Shown here: positions 1 to 12,800 of the stretch, piece by piece
Numbering within the stretch: position 1 is the first letter of the stretch
How the letters are laid out: every line of letters starts with the position of its first letter
DNA from: Mytilus trossulus
Taxonomy: Eukaryota
NCBI RefSeq assembly: GCF_036588685.1
Contig: NC_086375.1
Coordinates: 92,690,001-92,754,000 of the forward strand
Length of the DNA: 64,000 bases
Reading direction: 5' to 3'
Position numbers and translations under genes: made by a program
The notes under the pieces: model-generated
What the model saw: the letters and a program-made list of their open reading frames with translations, nothing else
Told to the model about the DNA's origin: nothing
Databases searched by the model: none

Positions 1-357
1 AACAGGTGAACTAACTCGAACATTATTTCAGGAAGACTACAACTAAAATGACCACCAAACAAAACTTTACAGTCGCGGTCACAAAATGGTTGCCCGTTTA
101 ATTGAGTCCGACGCACCTTTTTCTCAACTTGCAGTTAATTGTTTTACTTCTATTTACTATGTTCTTTTTTTTTTTTTTTTTTTTTATAAATACTGATTTG
201 TCATGCTCAAATCTTTGGCAGTTACAACTGTATATGACATTACATGATTCTTGAAAGTATCGACGAAGATACTTGTTTGGAGTTCATGTGACCCAATATG
301 ACCTCATTAGACATAAGAACATACAATTATAATACATATTTATATTTCTGCTGATAG

Positions 358-1681
358 GATCTGTTTTTGCTGGTGTTGCTGCAGTAGAACTTCTATGTGC
401 TCTGGTTGGAGGACTGCTTATGAATGGTATCTATAAAGCAACAGTCGATATCTACAGAGGAATGGTGTTTTTAATATGGGCAGCTTTCAGTGTCGTAGGG
501 ATCATACTTTGTTTGTAAGTTTGCTATCAAGATTTAAAGCCCAACTATTTATTATTGCTATACAAGTCATGATCATTCACAGTCCTACATTCTGTTCACA
601 TAACATAGAAATAAGAAGATTTGGTATGATTGGCAATGAGTTTTCTCTCCACAAGAGAACATATGATATACGTTAAAACAATAGGTCACCAAAAGGCCTT
701 CAACAACCTATAGTTTGGCATTGCACACGATCGTGTATTTCTCAGAATGTTAATGACGTCTTGATAATAAACCCATTGGGTGTTACATGATTACTGATTG
801 ATTCTTAAGTTGAATATACAACAAGACGTGTATATTTTAAGTCCTAAACAATTACAGGTGTATAGCATAAGTTTTATACATAATGCTATCTTTAGATTGT
901 AACATAGAAAAAAAAAAGATTTGGTAAGATCGCCAATGAGACAACTCTCCACAAGAGAAAAATGGTACAGAAATTAACAAATATAGGTCACCGTACGTAC
1001 CGTACCTAAAACATGTTTTGTGGGAACTCAACCTCCCCTATATCGCTAACCAATATAGAATTTAAAAAAACCCACATATAGCAATACGCACAGTTAAACA
1101 AGTTTAAAAAAAGTCCGAGTCCAATGTCAGAATAGGTAACTAAAGAAACAGCAAAATGACAATGTAACAAATAAATTAATAAAGGACTACTAGCAGTTAC
1201 TGACATGCCAGCTCCAGACCTCAACCAAACTGATTGAAAGATTATGTCTTCATCATATGGCAATCAGACACAATCCCTTTCGTGAGGGGTCTGTTATCAT
1301 ACCATCCTAAAATATATGAGGAGAACATAATCATCCAACAACTGGATTTAGATAAATGTCTTTATATCCGATGCAAAGACCCTATGAGTAATTCAATATT
1401 GAAGCCAAAATATTCTATTTGTAACTGTGAATACTAATTCCCCTAAGAGTTCAACTGAATCGAAGTTTTATTTATTAAAAAGTATCAGTATTACAAAACT
1501 CTTTAAGAATCGAAAATCCCACTGCATTGACACGTTTTGATAATATTTAAAAACAGCTCTTGCATTGTTATCTTTTTACTTATACAGAATTCTAATAAAA
1601 GGAAAGCGGAAAGGAAACCTTGAATTCAAGCAGGAAGAAACAACTATAAAAGTAGAATTCACTGCCAGTGGAAAGAAGTAG
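358..1681 (+). CDS. SLC46-family MFS transporter, copy 1 (last two coding exons only: 358-514, 1588-1681)
   Basis: AG|358-514|GT (157 nt) translates as GSVFAGVAAVELLCALVGGLLMNGIYKATVDIYRGMVFLIWAAFSVVGIILCL. It has the same length and phase as the homologous exons of copies 2 and 3. The terminal exon reads ILIKGKRKGNLEFKQEETTIKVEFTASGKK* and AATAAA follows at 1820. The 5' part is outside the window. Confidence 0.85.
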
Positions 1682-1848
1682 AAACACGTGTTATGTGGAA
1701 AAGAGAAAGTCTTGACATACATGTACATAATGTCATACATTGAGTTTTTAAATACAATACAAAATGTTCACATATCTTTATAATGTCTTATTTACTTATT
1801 TCTATTAAATTTTGTCTATAATAAAAACCTTCTACTTAAATATAGAAA

Positions 1849-3026
1849 TGTTAGGAAACATATATTACCGGATAGGGTAACTATACGGAGTTTGACTTTT
1901 GTGCTTCTTTGGAGGCTGTAGAAAGTTTCCCCTTGCTTGAAAGGTATGCTTTATTGTTATGTAATAATTCTTAGGATTACTTCTCTTTTGTGTAACCGGG
2001 CGATCAATTGATCCGTATCTGAATAAATTAGGATTTCAAGTGTATAACAAAAGTTTTCACCACAACCAGTTGTCGTATTCAAAACAATCAACACATTCAT
2101 AAATGGATTCACTACGAAAAATATATACACAGCACAATGCACATAAATCAAAATGTAAGGTGAAGTATCTCATTCACAACGCATAAACAAACTGTATCAT
2201 AACAAAATGTATGTACACAATGTCTCTATGCAATCTTTATGCAACATGCATCAGACCGATTTATTCACAATGTCACTAATATGATTACTATTCAATCATG
2301 CATACGGGCTCTTTATTCCTCAATGTCACCAACAGATTACTTTGCAAAATGCATCAAGTATCTATTACACAAAACGTATGAACACAAAATCACATATATA
2401 CAACTTCTATTTACAACGTCCGCCATTATGTAGTATCACCTTGTTAGTCTGCAGATAACCATAATAACACAATGACACGATTACACCTGCACAATGTTTC
2501 AATTCACAAGGAATATATATATAAACACTATAAACACAGCTCAACTCACGCACTAACTAACTATCCTTATGAGTTCCCACACAATGAATATTCTCCAAAC
2601 TGGTAAGGTTTAACACAGTGCACTTTCACTTATACACTTCCACAATATTACAACTTGCAACACCAGCAAGTATAAACCTTGTATTCTCACTAATACAATA
2701 ACTACTTATATATGTAAGTTTCACTTTATACATTGTATCACAATCTCAATTACAATATCCACATATAAATCCGAACACTATTAATTATATATATCCTTTG
2801 AAATCACCAAATTCACTCTACTTACCAGTTGGAATATTTAATCCTGATGTTATCACTTCAACGGCCCACATAAAACTGACGAAGTTTCTCTGTCTTGAGC
2901 TGGTTTATATACTACCATATTGAACGGTCCATTATACTTGAAGGGTTGAATATCAAGATTATACCAACTTTAGGGTAGTTTTAAGTAACAGATGGTGCTC
3001 CGACTGTGGAGAGACTTATAAACACA
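1849..3026. mobile_element. Probable solo LTR (TG...CA ends, 6-bp TSD; BEL/Pao-like)
   Basis: Starts TGTTAGG at 1849 and ends AAACACA at 3026. Flanked by the direct repeat TAGAAA (1843-1848, 3027-3032). No credible ORF. Confidence 0.45.
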
Positions 3027-3051
3027 TAGAAACACAATTAATAAGAAAAGA

Positions 3052-4110
3052 CAAAGAGGGATGAAAGATACCAAAGGGACAGTCAAACTCATAAATTTAA
3101 AACAAACTGACAACGCCATGGCTAAAAATGAAAAAGACAAACAGACAAACAATAGTACACATGACACAACATAGAAAACCAAAGAATAAACAACACGTAC
3201 CCCACCAAAACCTAGGAGTGATCTCAGGTGCTCCGGAAGGGTAAGCAGATCCTGCTCCACATGTGGCACCCATCGTGTTGCTTATGTGATATCAAATCCG
3301 GTAAATAGTCTAATTCGATAGGTCACATTCATGAAAGGGTGGGGGATTGTAGTTACGACGTAAGGAACATATCCGATATCATTTGTGAAACGGTTATTCC
3401 ATAACGGTCAACCAAATCGTGATGGCGTCCGTAAAATTTACGAAGGGATGATTTCAACTTCACCATATGAAACTCTTGGTTTAATAGCTTCCTTGTGAGC
3501 AGCAACTCTCTATCAAGAAAATCATGATAGGAAATGCAAGCACGGAAATATCGTATCAATTGGGAGATATATACCCCGTATGCAGGTGCTGCTGGAATGT
3601 TTCTTCTTAGAAATGGAAAGTTCACAATTGGAAAGCTGAAATCATCTCTTTTGTCGTAAAGTTTTGTTTTCAACCGACCCTCAAGGTCAATTTCTAGATG
3701 TAGGTCAAGATATGAAGCCGACTTAACTGTATCTGTAGTATCCTTTATCTCTAGTTCAATGGGATAGATGTGTTCCACATAGTCACCAAATTAAAATTAT
3801 TTAGAGAAAGAACATCATCTATAGAGCGGAAAGTAGAGTTAAAGGATATTGCTAACTTCTTATCTTTCTTCATAAGAAGTTCCTGCATGAAGTAAGCCTC
3901 ATAATAATAAAGAAAAAAATCGGCAAGTAGAGGGGCACAGTTTGTTCCCATTGGAATGCCGACAGTCTGTTGAAAAACACGTCCTCCAAACGTAACAAAT
4001 ATATTGTCAATCAAAAAATCAAGCATCTTGATAATTTCAGTTTCAGAGAATATTTTGTTTGAATCAGAGTGATCCTTTACAAAGTAGTATTTATTCCTTC
4101 CTAAGACAAC
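3052..4110 (-). mobile_element. Penelope-like retroelement (Naiad-type, family 1), 5'-truncated and frameshifted
   Basis: ORFs 3751-4026 and 3353-3778 give the PLE RT motifs GIPMGTNCAP, RSIDD (mutated YIDD), SASYLDL and LYDKRDDF..IVNFP...NIP..PAYGVYISQLIRY. They are homologous to the C-terminus of the ORF at 42677-44911. The 3' UTR 3052-3352 is near-identical to 25027-25326. Confidence 0.85.
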
Positions 4111-5506
4111 TGGTATTTTACATCTAGATAAATGAACTGTGACCGATTTTCGTTACAGTACTATATATCATAAGCACACGTTTGGGAGAATTGTGTACAA
4201 ACGTTTTATAAAGACGCACGCCACCTATTCTGGGTCTACATTGATTTCTATGTTAAATTTCCAATTATTAAAACTTAACAGGGAGTCGTTCAATATACAG
4301 TTATTTATAAATCAGAGCTTTTCTTACGGGACATTTAGATATACGAACTCAGGGACTTCATATCTGAGAAACAGCCAGTACATGCCTTCCTTTAACATTT
4401 CGTTCATGTCATTTTATTATTCACTGTCAAAAGGTGTTCTATAAGGTGTCAACCCAAATATTATTCGCCCTATACATACGTTATTAACTGCCAATTTGTC
4501 TATAATATATATTTCGATGTGTCTTCTCCGGTGTGATTGCCGGGCTAAATTAAGACAGTGTAACGTGTCTGCGGTCTACCCGAATTGATTCTCCAGATCT
4601 GAGACTTGCATATATTGTATTCTACTTGTTTATAATTCCTGTCTTACGTTCTCTGCTAATTGAAGCTCCCCAGCTCAATTACTTTTCAGCCCAACTGGCT
4701 TACTGACTCTATGAGTCTAAATTATATAGCAACTGACTCAATATATATATTACTGACTCAATTATATAGCAAGATTTACTCGCTCACTAGCTCTGTAGCT
4801 CTTAGCTCAACAGACTCACTAGGGCTGTAGCTCAACTGGCTCACAATACTTCTATATACAATAGATAGCTCAACCGGTTCGCAATATTATCGCTCTTTCC
4901 GCTATCTTAACCAACGAAGCTCTCTTAGCTCTCTAGCTCTCTAGCTCTTCCGTTTCTCTCGATGCAGCTCACTTGTAGCTTAAGGTAATACTTCTGCTAA
5001 GTTTCAGTTATTGAAAAGACTTGAGTAGTGCATCCAATGTTTGGAACAATAATCAGGTATTTATCTTATCTCTTATAAGTGTGATCTGATCGTAGTGCCG
5101 ACCCTGACTGACTGCTGACGGCTGTTTATATACCCCTAGATGATTGTGATATACCACTATTGGACAATACCATAATCCTATATTGCCTAGTAACGAGGGT
5201 GTATCAACCCTGGATGAGTCCACCTTTATTGGACTGTGTCATGTTGAGCATATCATAGTAATAAGGGATGTCAAGTAATGAAACGATAATATCTTATCTC
5301 AAGGAAGATATTACGATACCCGATGACCATAAAAATACCATTTATATTGTTATTACATCTCACGCTGAAGATTCCTCATACAAGTTAACTCATTTGCCAG
5401 TTTATGAAATAGTCAGAGATATGCATAACTACTTGAATAGGAAAGTAGAATGTAGTCCGAAATAATGCAAGTTGACTGTCCCTTTGGTATCTTTCGTCCC
5501 TCTTTT

Positions 5507-6942
5507 AAGTAAGTAAAACTTTATTTGGATTCGGCATATTGACAAACAATACAAACATAAGCTCTAATGAGCTTTTCACCGAATATAAAAACATATGCAA
5601 TAACAAATAAAACAAGGCATGCAGCATGCAATAAATAATAAGAAGCAGTACCAAAAATTAACTCTAAGCAAATAGCATATACATGTATCTTGCAAAATAC
5701 CAAAACAAATATATGAAGCACTAAAATTTTTAAAAATTTTCTGTTTAAAAATTAATTTTTAACTAATTTATGATTTATAAAGTAAAAATTTCAAATATTT
5801 CAAATTTTAAAAGGTAAAAAACAAAAATTTCAGTTGCAACGCAGGCTGTTAATGCAACATAAAAAGCATAAATATTGTAACACAAAGTTATCTACAGGCA
5901 GAGCAAAAACATTCTGTTCCACTCCAGGACTGTACAAGACTCTTAAAATGTGAGAAACTGTTAACAGTCCTGAAGTGGTCAGGTAAGCTATTCCATAAAG
6001 TAGCAGCAGCAAAACTAAAAGATTTTTTTCCATATGAGGTAGTTCTTACCTGTGGTACATCCAAAATATTGCTGTATCTATAAAAGAATATTTAGTATGT
6101 TTAATTTTTATTAAATTTTGTAAACATACAGGAGCCAAATTATTTAAAATTTTATAAGTCTCAAGTCCCATTGTCCTGATGCGTCTTACTTGTAGGGTTG
6201 GAACCTTTGCGTTCTCAAGAAGAGTTTCAGAGGATGATAAATAGTCGTCGTATACAAATCGTAATGCTCTCTCTTGTATTTTTTCAAGTTTTTTAGAATT
6301 TTTCTCTGTACAAAAATGCCAAGCCAAAGGGCAAAAATTAAAATTACTCAAAATAAAAGTATGAAAAATTGTAAGTTTATTTAATCTGTTTAAAAATGAT
6401 CCAATTCTCTTGAGAACATTCAGCTGTTGTGATGCCTTTCTACACAAGTTACTTATATGTGCATCAAATTTTAGTTGGTAATCAATATCAATTCCAAGTA
6501 ATTTTACTGTTTCTTCACAAGATAAAATATTTTGCTGAATTTGTATAGATGGATTTTTTGCAAAGGTTCTTTTCCCTACAGCAATAACTTGGAATTTATC
6601 AGGATTTGCCTGCATCTTATTTTCTTTAAACCAATCAATAAGCACTTGAGACTCAGATTCTAATGTTGATATGAGATGGTCATAATCCGGACTACTAAAA
6701 GACAGAGTATTGTCGTCCGCATAATTATATAATGTACCATGTTTAACAAAATAAAAAATATCATTTATGAAGATATTAAATAAAAGGGGCCCCAATATAG
6801 AACCTTGGGGTACCCCTTTTTAGATGTCAGCCCAGCTACTCAGAACACCGTTTACTTTAATTTGATGTTTTCTATCAGAAAGATATGATTTTAATAAAGA
6901 TACTGAATGTGGAGAAACACCATATGCTAGTAATTTATCAAA
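5507..6942 (-). mobile_element. CR1/L2-group LINE, 3' fragment (RT C-terminal half)
   Basis: ORF 6046-6795 has (GVPQGSI)LGPLLFNIFIND, YADD and KLEKIQERALR. The 3' end reads AATAAAGTTTT(ACTT)2 on the minus strand at ~5507-5527. Confidence 0.85.
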
Positions 6943-7569
6943 TGATTAACCTCACTGTAACTTTAATAACATGTAACTTATTAATACGATAAAGTTTAAG
7001 GTAAGTATTAAGTCAGAGAGATAAAGACATTGTAACTGTACCTTTTAATTCCAATGTTTTGATGTTTATGGTTCAAATACGAAAGGGGACAGTAACGACT
7101 GACTCGTCTTTTTAATGCATAGTCGTCCCAAAGCCATTCGTCACAACAGTAAATAAAGGCAACAGTAGTATATCGCTGTTCCAAACTCATAAATCCATGG
7201 ACAAAAACCAAAACCGGGAAAACAAACTAAAACCGAGGGAAACGCATTAAATATAAGAGGGGAACAACGACTCAACACTAAAATGTAACACACAGAAACG
7301 GACCAAGCATCAGACAAAATTCCACGAGAATAACAAATATAACATCAAAACCAAATACATGAATTTGGGACAGACAAGTACCGTGACACGTAAACGATTG
7401 ATTGCATTGCCAGATTCATTTTTATTAATATATTTCTATGTCAAGAGGGCACTTATATATATATATATGAATACGATAAAGTTCCTTTCGACTTTACTGC
7501 TCAGATTGAAATGCATTTAACGAAAGGGACGAAAAATAACAAACCTACAATATGGTGACGAAACACATA

Positions 7570-7890
7570 TAACAAATACAAAACCAAACAACACAATGAC
7601 AACAAAAACAATTAAAGAAGATGAACAAAAATATACCCAAACAAACAACATGGCGAAAAATGGCAGACATCAAAAACAGTTAAAAGAGGATGGATGAAAA
7701 AAAAATACCCAAACCAACAAGATGGCTAAGAAACACAGACACTTAATGATAAATCAAAAGAGGAAGGACAAAAATATACCCAAACCAACAACATGACGAA
7801 GAAACATCGACAACAAAAACAATTAAAAGAGGAAGGACAGAAATATACCCAAACCAACAACATGGCGAAGAAACACAGACATCAAATCCA
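7570..7890. repeat. Degenerate ~68-bp tandem repeat (~4-5 units)
   Basis: Recurring aaatatacccaaaccaacaacatggcgaagaaacacagac...ttaaaagaggaaggac units. Confidence 0.6.
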
Positions 7891-9850
7891 TAACCGACGC
7901 AACGCAACAATCAAACGTATGTATGATCAGGACGAAAAACAGTAAACATGACAACTCAATGACAACAAAAACACCAGCAAAAGAAGGATGGATAAAAATT
8001 AAACTGTTAATTAAATTGATTCATTACATCATTTGGTGGAATACGATATTGTGTTAACCTATTCTTTTAACTTGCTATCATATGTGCAACGATTTATGCA
8101 TTTTTTTTTTAGAATTCATCGCAAAAATATCTCAAAAAAGGAATGAAGAGAAACAACAACAAAAACCGCAGGAAAAAAACAAACACAAAGCCCAAAAGAA
8201 TTTGATAAAAAAAAACCCGCGGATTTGATGACGTCGGTCTTAATTAAGCACTTTTAAAAGTATCTATTCAACTATATATGTATTGTGCATATCTATCTCC
8301 GTAAGTAAATTATCATTTACATATACATTAGATAGCTTTGTGTAACGGTACACGATATCAGGTCATATGTAATGATATCAAATCACATGACCATGATGAA
8401 TCTCCAAGGGGACAAACCACAACAGTAAGCTTTTCTCTTTATACTTTTTAAAATTCTTATAACTGGACAGATTACATTTTAAGACACTTTTAATAGGGCT
8501 GACACACTTGTCCTGAAATGTGAAATTAGGTTATAGTTAGATACAATCTATATATATATATATATATATACTACTTGAGTCTCTGTTTTGCAAAATGGTA
8601 GTAATTAGATATAAGAAGATGTGGTATGAGTGCCAATGAGACTTACAATTGTCCAAGTCACAATTTATAAAAAGTAAACCATTATAATTCAAAGTACGTT
8701 CTTCAACACGGAGCCTTGGCTCAAACCCAATAGTAAACTATAAAGGGCCCCAAAAAATGCTAGTGTAAAACCATTCAAACTTGAAAACCAACGGTTTAAT
8801 CCATATAAAAAAAAACAAGAAACGAGAAACACTTATGAACCATATCAACACCCGACAATATTCTTGGTACTCGATGGAGTTTTGGCACTGTCAAGTTATC
8901 TATATAGATGGTTTGTGCATATTTTGAGTGGGAAATTTTTTGGCAAATTTTCTTTTCTAATTTTGTTTTTTGGCAAACTTGTCGTTGTTTCTTTTGTGTT
9001 TTTTTTCATATCCGGGTGTAGGTATATTGTCTAGGGCGGAATGTTATTTACAGAAATCAGAATGTAACATTCTTGCTTCGCAAGAAATAAGTACTTATAT
9101 ACCTTTATATAACACACATTATATATAAAGGCATATTTCTATATGAAGTGTTCAAAGGAGTTTTACTCTGGAAAATAATTCGACCAAAATCAAGCTTACA
9201 TCAAGGAAATCAACTGTATGTTAGTTTTTATGATGTACCAAATGTATTTAGATGAAATACACTTTGTAAAGATTGTCTTTCGTGTGCTAAAATCCGATTA
9301 AAAAAAAACACAAAACATAATCCGCTTAATTTCTCGATTTAATTGGTTATTGTTTTACATTTTGTCATGTCTGTTATAGCTTGTTATGCGGTATGGGTAT
9401 TGTCATTATTGAAGTCTGTATAGTGACCAATAGGTGCTAACATCTACGTCATTTGGTATATGGTGGATACTCATTGCCAATCATACCACACCTCCTTATT
9501 TTTTTTTTTATATAATACGGTATCCTTTAAAACATATGTCACCTCTATGAACATAGCAAAAGAAAAACCAAAGTAATTTATAGTCCAAAACAGTTGGAAG
9601 GAGATTAAAAAATTGTATAAACTTAAAAAAGGCAAAAGAAACAAAAAAAAAGAACCAAAAAAAAACCCAAACAAACAAATCAAGAAAAAAAAACCCACAT
9701 TAGATACTGTTGACGGTTTCGTCTTTAAAATAACGCCAACAATGTATAAACATAAATAAATGGTTTAACAGCGAATTTATCTTTAATCGAAGGAGGATGA
9801 AACAGTGCTGTTAGAACAAATTGAAGAATTCATGTCATCAATCGTTTATA

Positions 9851-12800
9851 ATGAAAGGTAATGAAGACTTTATTGAAAAGAGGCCACTTTTGGAAGACGA
9901 AAACTGTAAACAACAGCACAATGAACATTCAAAGAAAACTGCATTTCCAAGATGGCTGACGTTGTCTCTTGGAATAATTGTTGTCTTCCTACATTTTGTT
10001 TCCTATCTTCTGAACTTGTATGTCATGAATCAGTATTCATATAAGGCATATTATGAAAAAACGTTTCCAAACTCCTCACACAAGTCATCAGGAAATACAT
10101 CCGCGTGTGAACAAAACACCAATACCACAGAATATAAGCAACAGATTGTTATACAGAAACTAACTTCCGAATGGGGGATTTATTGTACACTTGCCAGTAA
10201 CATTCCTGGTATTATCTTTACAATCAATATTGGATCATTAAGTGATGCTTACGGAAGAAAACTATTCTTCGTGGCACCTCTACTTGGGACCGTTCTTAAA
10301 AATGGTCTTTGTTGTGTAGGGATTTACTATGGTTTCAATATAGAACTTTTTATTATATTTTACGGTATAGAAGGGTGTACCGGAAACTGGATATCCACCA
10401 TGTTGATGGTGTATTGCTATATTGCCGACCTTACAGAGCCTGGAAAACCCAGATCGCTTATTTATGGTATCTTAGAAGGAATTATTGGAATAGCAGCATT
10501 TATTTCTTCAACATTTTCAGGCTATCTTATTAAATGGACAGATGGATTCTTTTACCCGGAAGTAACATCTGTTGGTTTTGTTCTACTTGGTCTGATGATC
10601 GCTGTTTTCGTACTTCCGGAGTCACTTCCGCCGTCAAAAAGGAGAGATAAGGTTTCCTTTTTGGAGAACATAGGAAGAGCAACCGAATGTTACAGGCCAA
10701 ATTTCTCCCCTCACGGAAAACAGTGGATGTTCATAAATCTTCTATTCATTTTTATTTTGTCTGGATTTGCGAATTTAGGGCGAATCCAAGTAGAAACGCT
10801 GTATGAACTGAATTCTCCTTTCTGTTGGGATTCAGTCAAAATCGGTTGGTATGGCGCTTTAAAAATAGGAATGTTATCTATCGGGGGAATGATAATGATC
10901 AAGACTTTCCACTTTTGTGTGAACGATGAATACATTGCACTGACTGGTTTTGTAACTTCAGTGATTTCTGCCATCGTATTCGGACTTTCAACTACAGATA
11001 CCATGCTTTATATAGGTATGTTTCTATAAACTATATTATTGTCTTGGTCGGGATCACTTATTCCTGCATTCCTCAAATTTTAAGAGCATTTTCTTTGTCT
11101 TAAAAATGACGTTCATTCCGTATGATATTCTCATGAAAATGATTTTATTTTCAAACATTTCTGAAAATAGATTTTTTTTATTCTGTACATAGCTTATTTC
11201 AGTATTTTATAACTTAAATCTTTCGTCTTTAATATAGTTCTTTTGCTTTTGAACCGCATCATGCTATATTTTCTATTTTTTAGTTGATCCTTATATTCTT
11301 TATTTATTCAGACACTGCTACACACATCATTTTTAGCATACTAGTATGTTCATATAATGGATTTTTTTATGTTTTTTTTGGTGTAACTTTACATAAAAGT
11401 GTATGCTAAACGATAACGATCACCATTTCATTAAAAAAATACATGTATGAAGTTTGAGGAAATATATTTGTTTTGTATTCTCAGCTGCAGTGCTGAATTT
11501 TGGGAATACAGTGACTATGCCAATTGTTAGATCAATAATGTCACGTATGTTTTGTAATCTCAGCTGTAGTGCTAAATTTTGGGAATACAGTGACTATGCC
11601 AATTGTTAGATCAATAATGTCACGTATGTTTTGTATTCTCAGCTCCAGTGCTGAATTTTGGGAATACAGTGACTATGCCAATTGTAAGATCAATAATGTC
11701 ACGTATGTTTTGTATTCTCAGCTGCAGTGCTGAATTTTGGGAATACAGTGACTATGCCAATTGTTAGATCAATAATGTCACGTATGTTTTGTAATCTCAG
11801 CTCCAGTGCTGAATTTTGGGAATACAGTGACTATGCCAATTGTTAGATCAATAATGTCACGTATGTTTTGTAATCTCAGCTGCAGTGCTGAATTTTGGGA
11901 ATACAGTGACTATGCCAATTGTTAGATCAATAATATCACGTATGTTTTGTAATCTCAGCTGCAGTGCTGAATTTTGGGAATACAGTGACTATGCCAATTG
12001 TAATATCAATAATGTCACGTATGTTTTGTATTCTCAGCTGCAGTGCTGAATTTTGGGAATACAGTGACTATGCCAATTGTAAGATCAATAATGTCGCGTA
12101 TGACTCCAGCTCATAAAATAGGTGAGTATATATTTTATCCATACAAATGCTCAAGATTCTTTTTCTCGATCCGTGTTATGTTTTCTACGAATGGTGGAAT
12201 AAAAAGAAAAAGCGAACAGTATTGTGAAAAAATACAGATTTGATGTTCAATTCTCGTATTCAATAAAGCTTGGTCTTACTTTCCTATTTGAACTTTTAAA
12301 TTTCTGTCATATATCTGAAGTTTCGCAAACTAAAGTGATACTGACACTAGCAATGGAACACAGAAAAAAATGTTATATATATTATTAGAACGCAATATGA
12401 AAAAGAAGTCTTTTAAATATTTGTGATGAGGTATGTGATACAGACTACATTTGTTAGCTTCACTCGATCAAATGCAAAACGAAGCCAAATAATTCGTAAA
12501 ACTTTGACATAATATTTTGTTAATCAAAAGTATAATAGCAAAAATACCGAGCTACATGCAAGAAATATGACGTCTCGTCCCCGAGGGTATCACCAGCCCA
12601 GTAGTCAACATTTCGGTGTTGACATGAATATCAATAATGTGGTCATTTTTATAAATTTCCTGTTTATAAAACATTGAATTTTACAAAAAACTAAGGATTT
12701 TCTTATCCCAGGTATAAATTACCTAGGCCGTATTTGGCACAATTTTTTGGAATTTTGGATCCTCAATGCTCTTCAACTTTGATTTTGTTTGGCTTTATAA

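Noticed and set aside
2970-3269. ORF MPHVEQDLLTLPEHLRS... (also 24995-25243)
   Set aside because: Lies in the Naiad 3' UTR. It recurs because the repeat recurs, and the stop position differs between copies.
11466-12121. Regular repeats here, at 40231-40990 and at 53931-54900 as possible CRISPR arrays
   Set aside because: Head-to-tail units with no unique spacers, no cas genes and a eukaryotic context.
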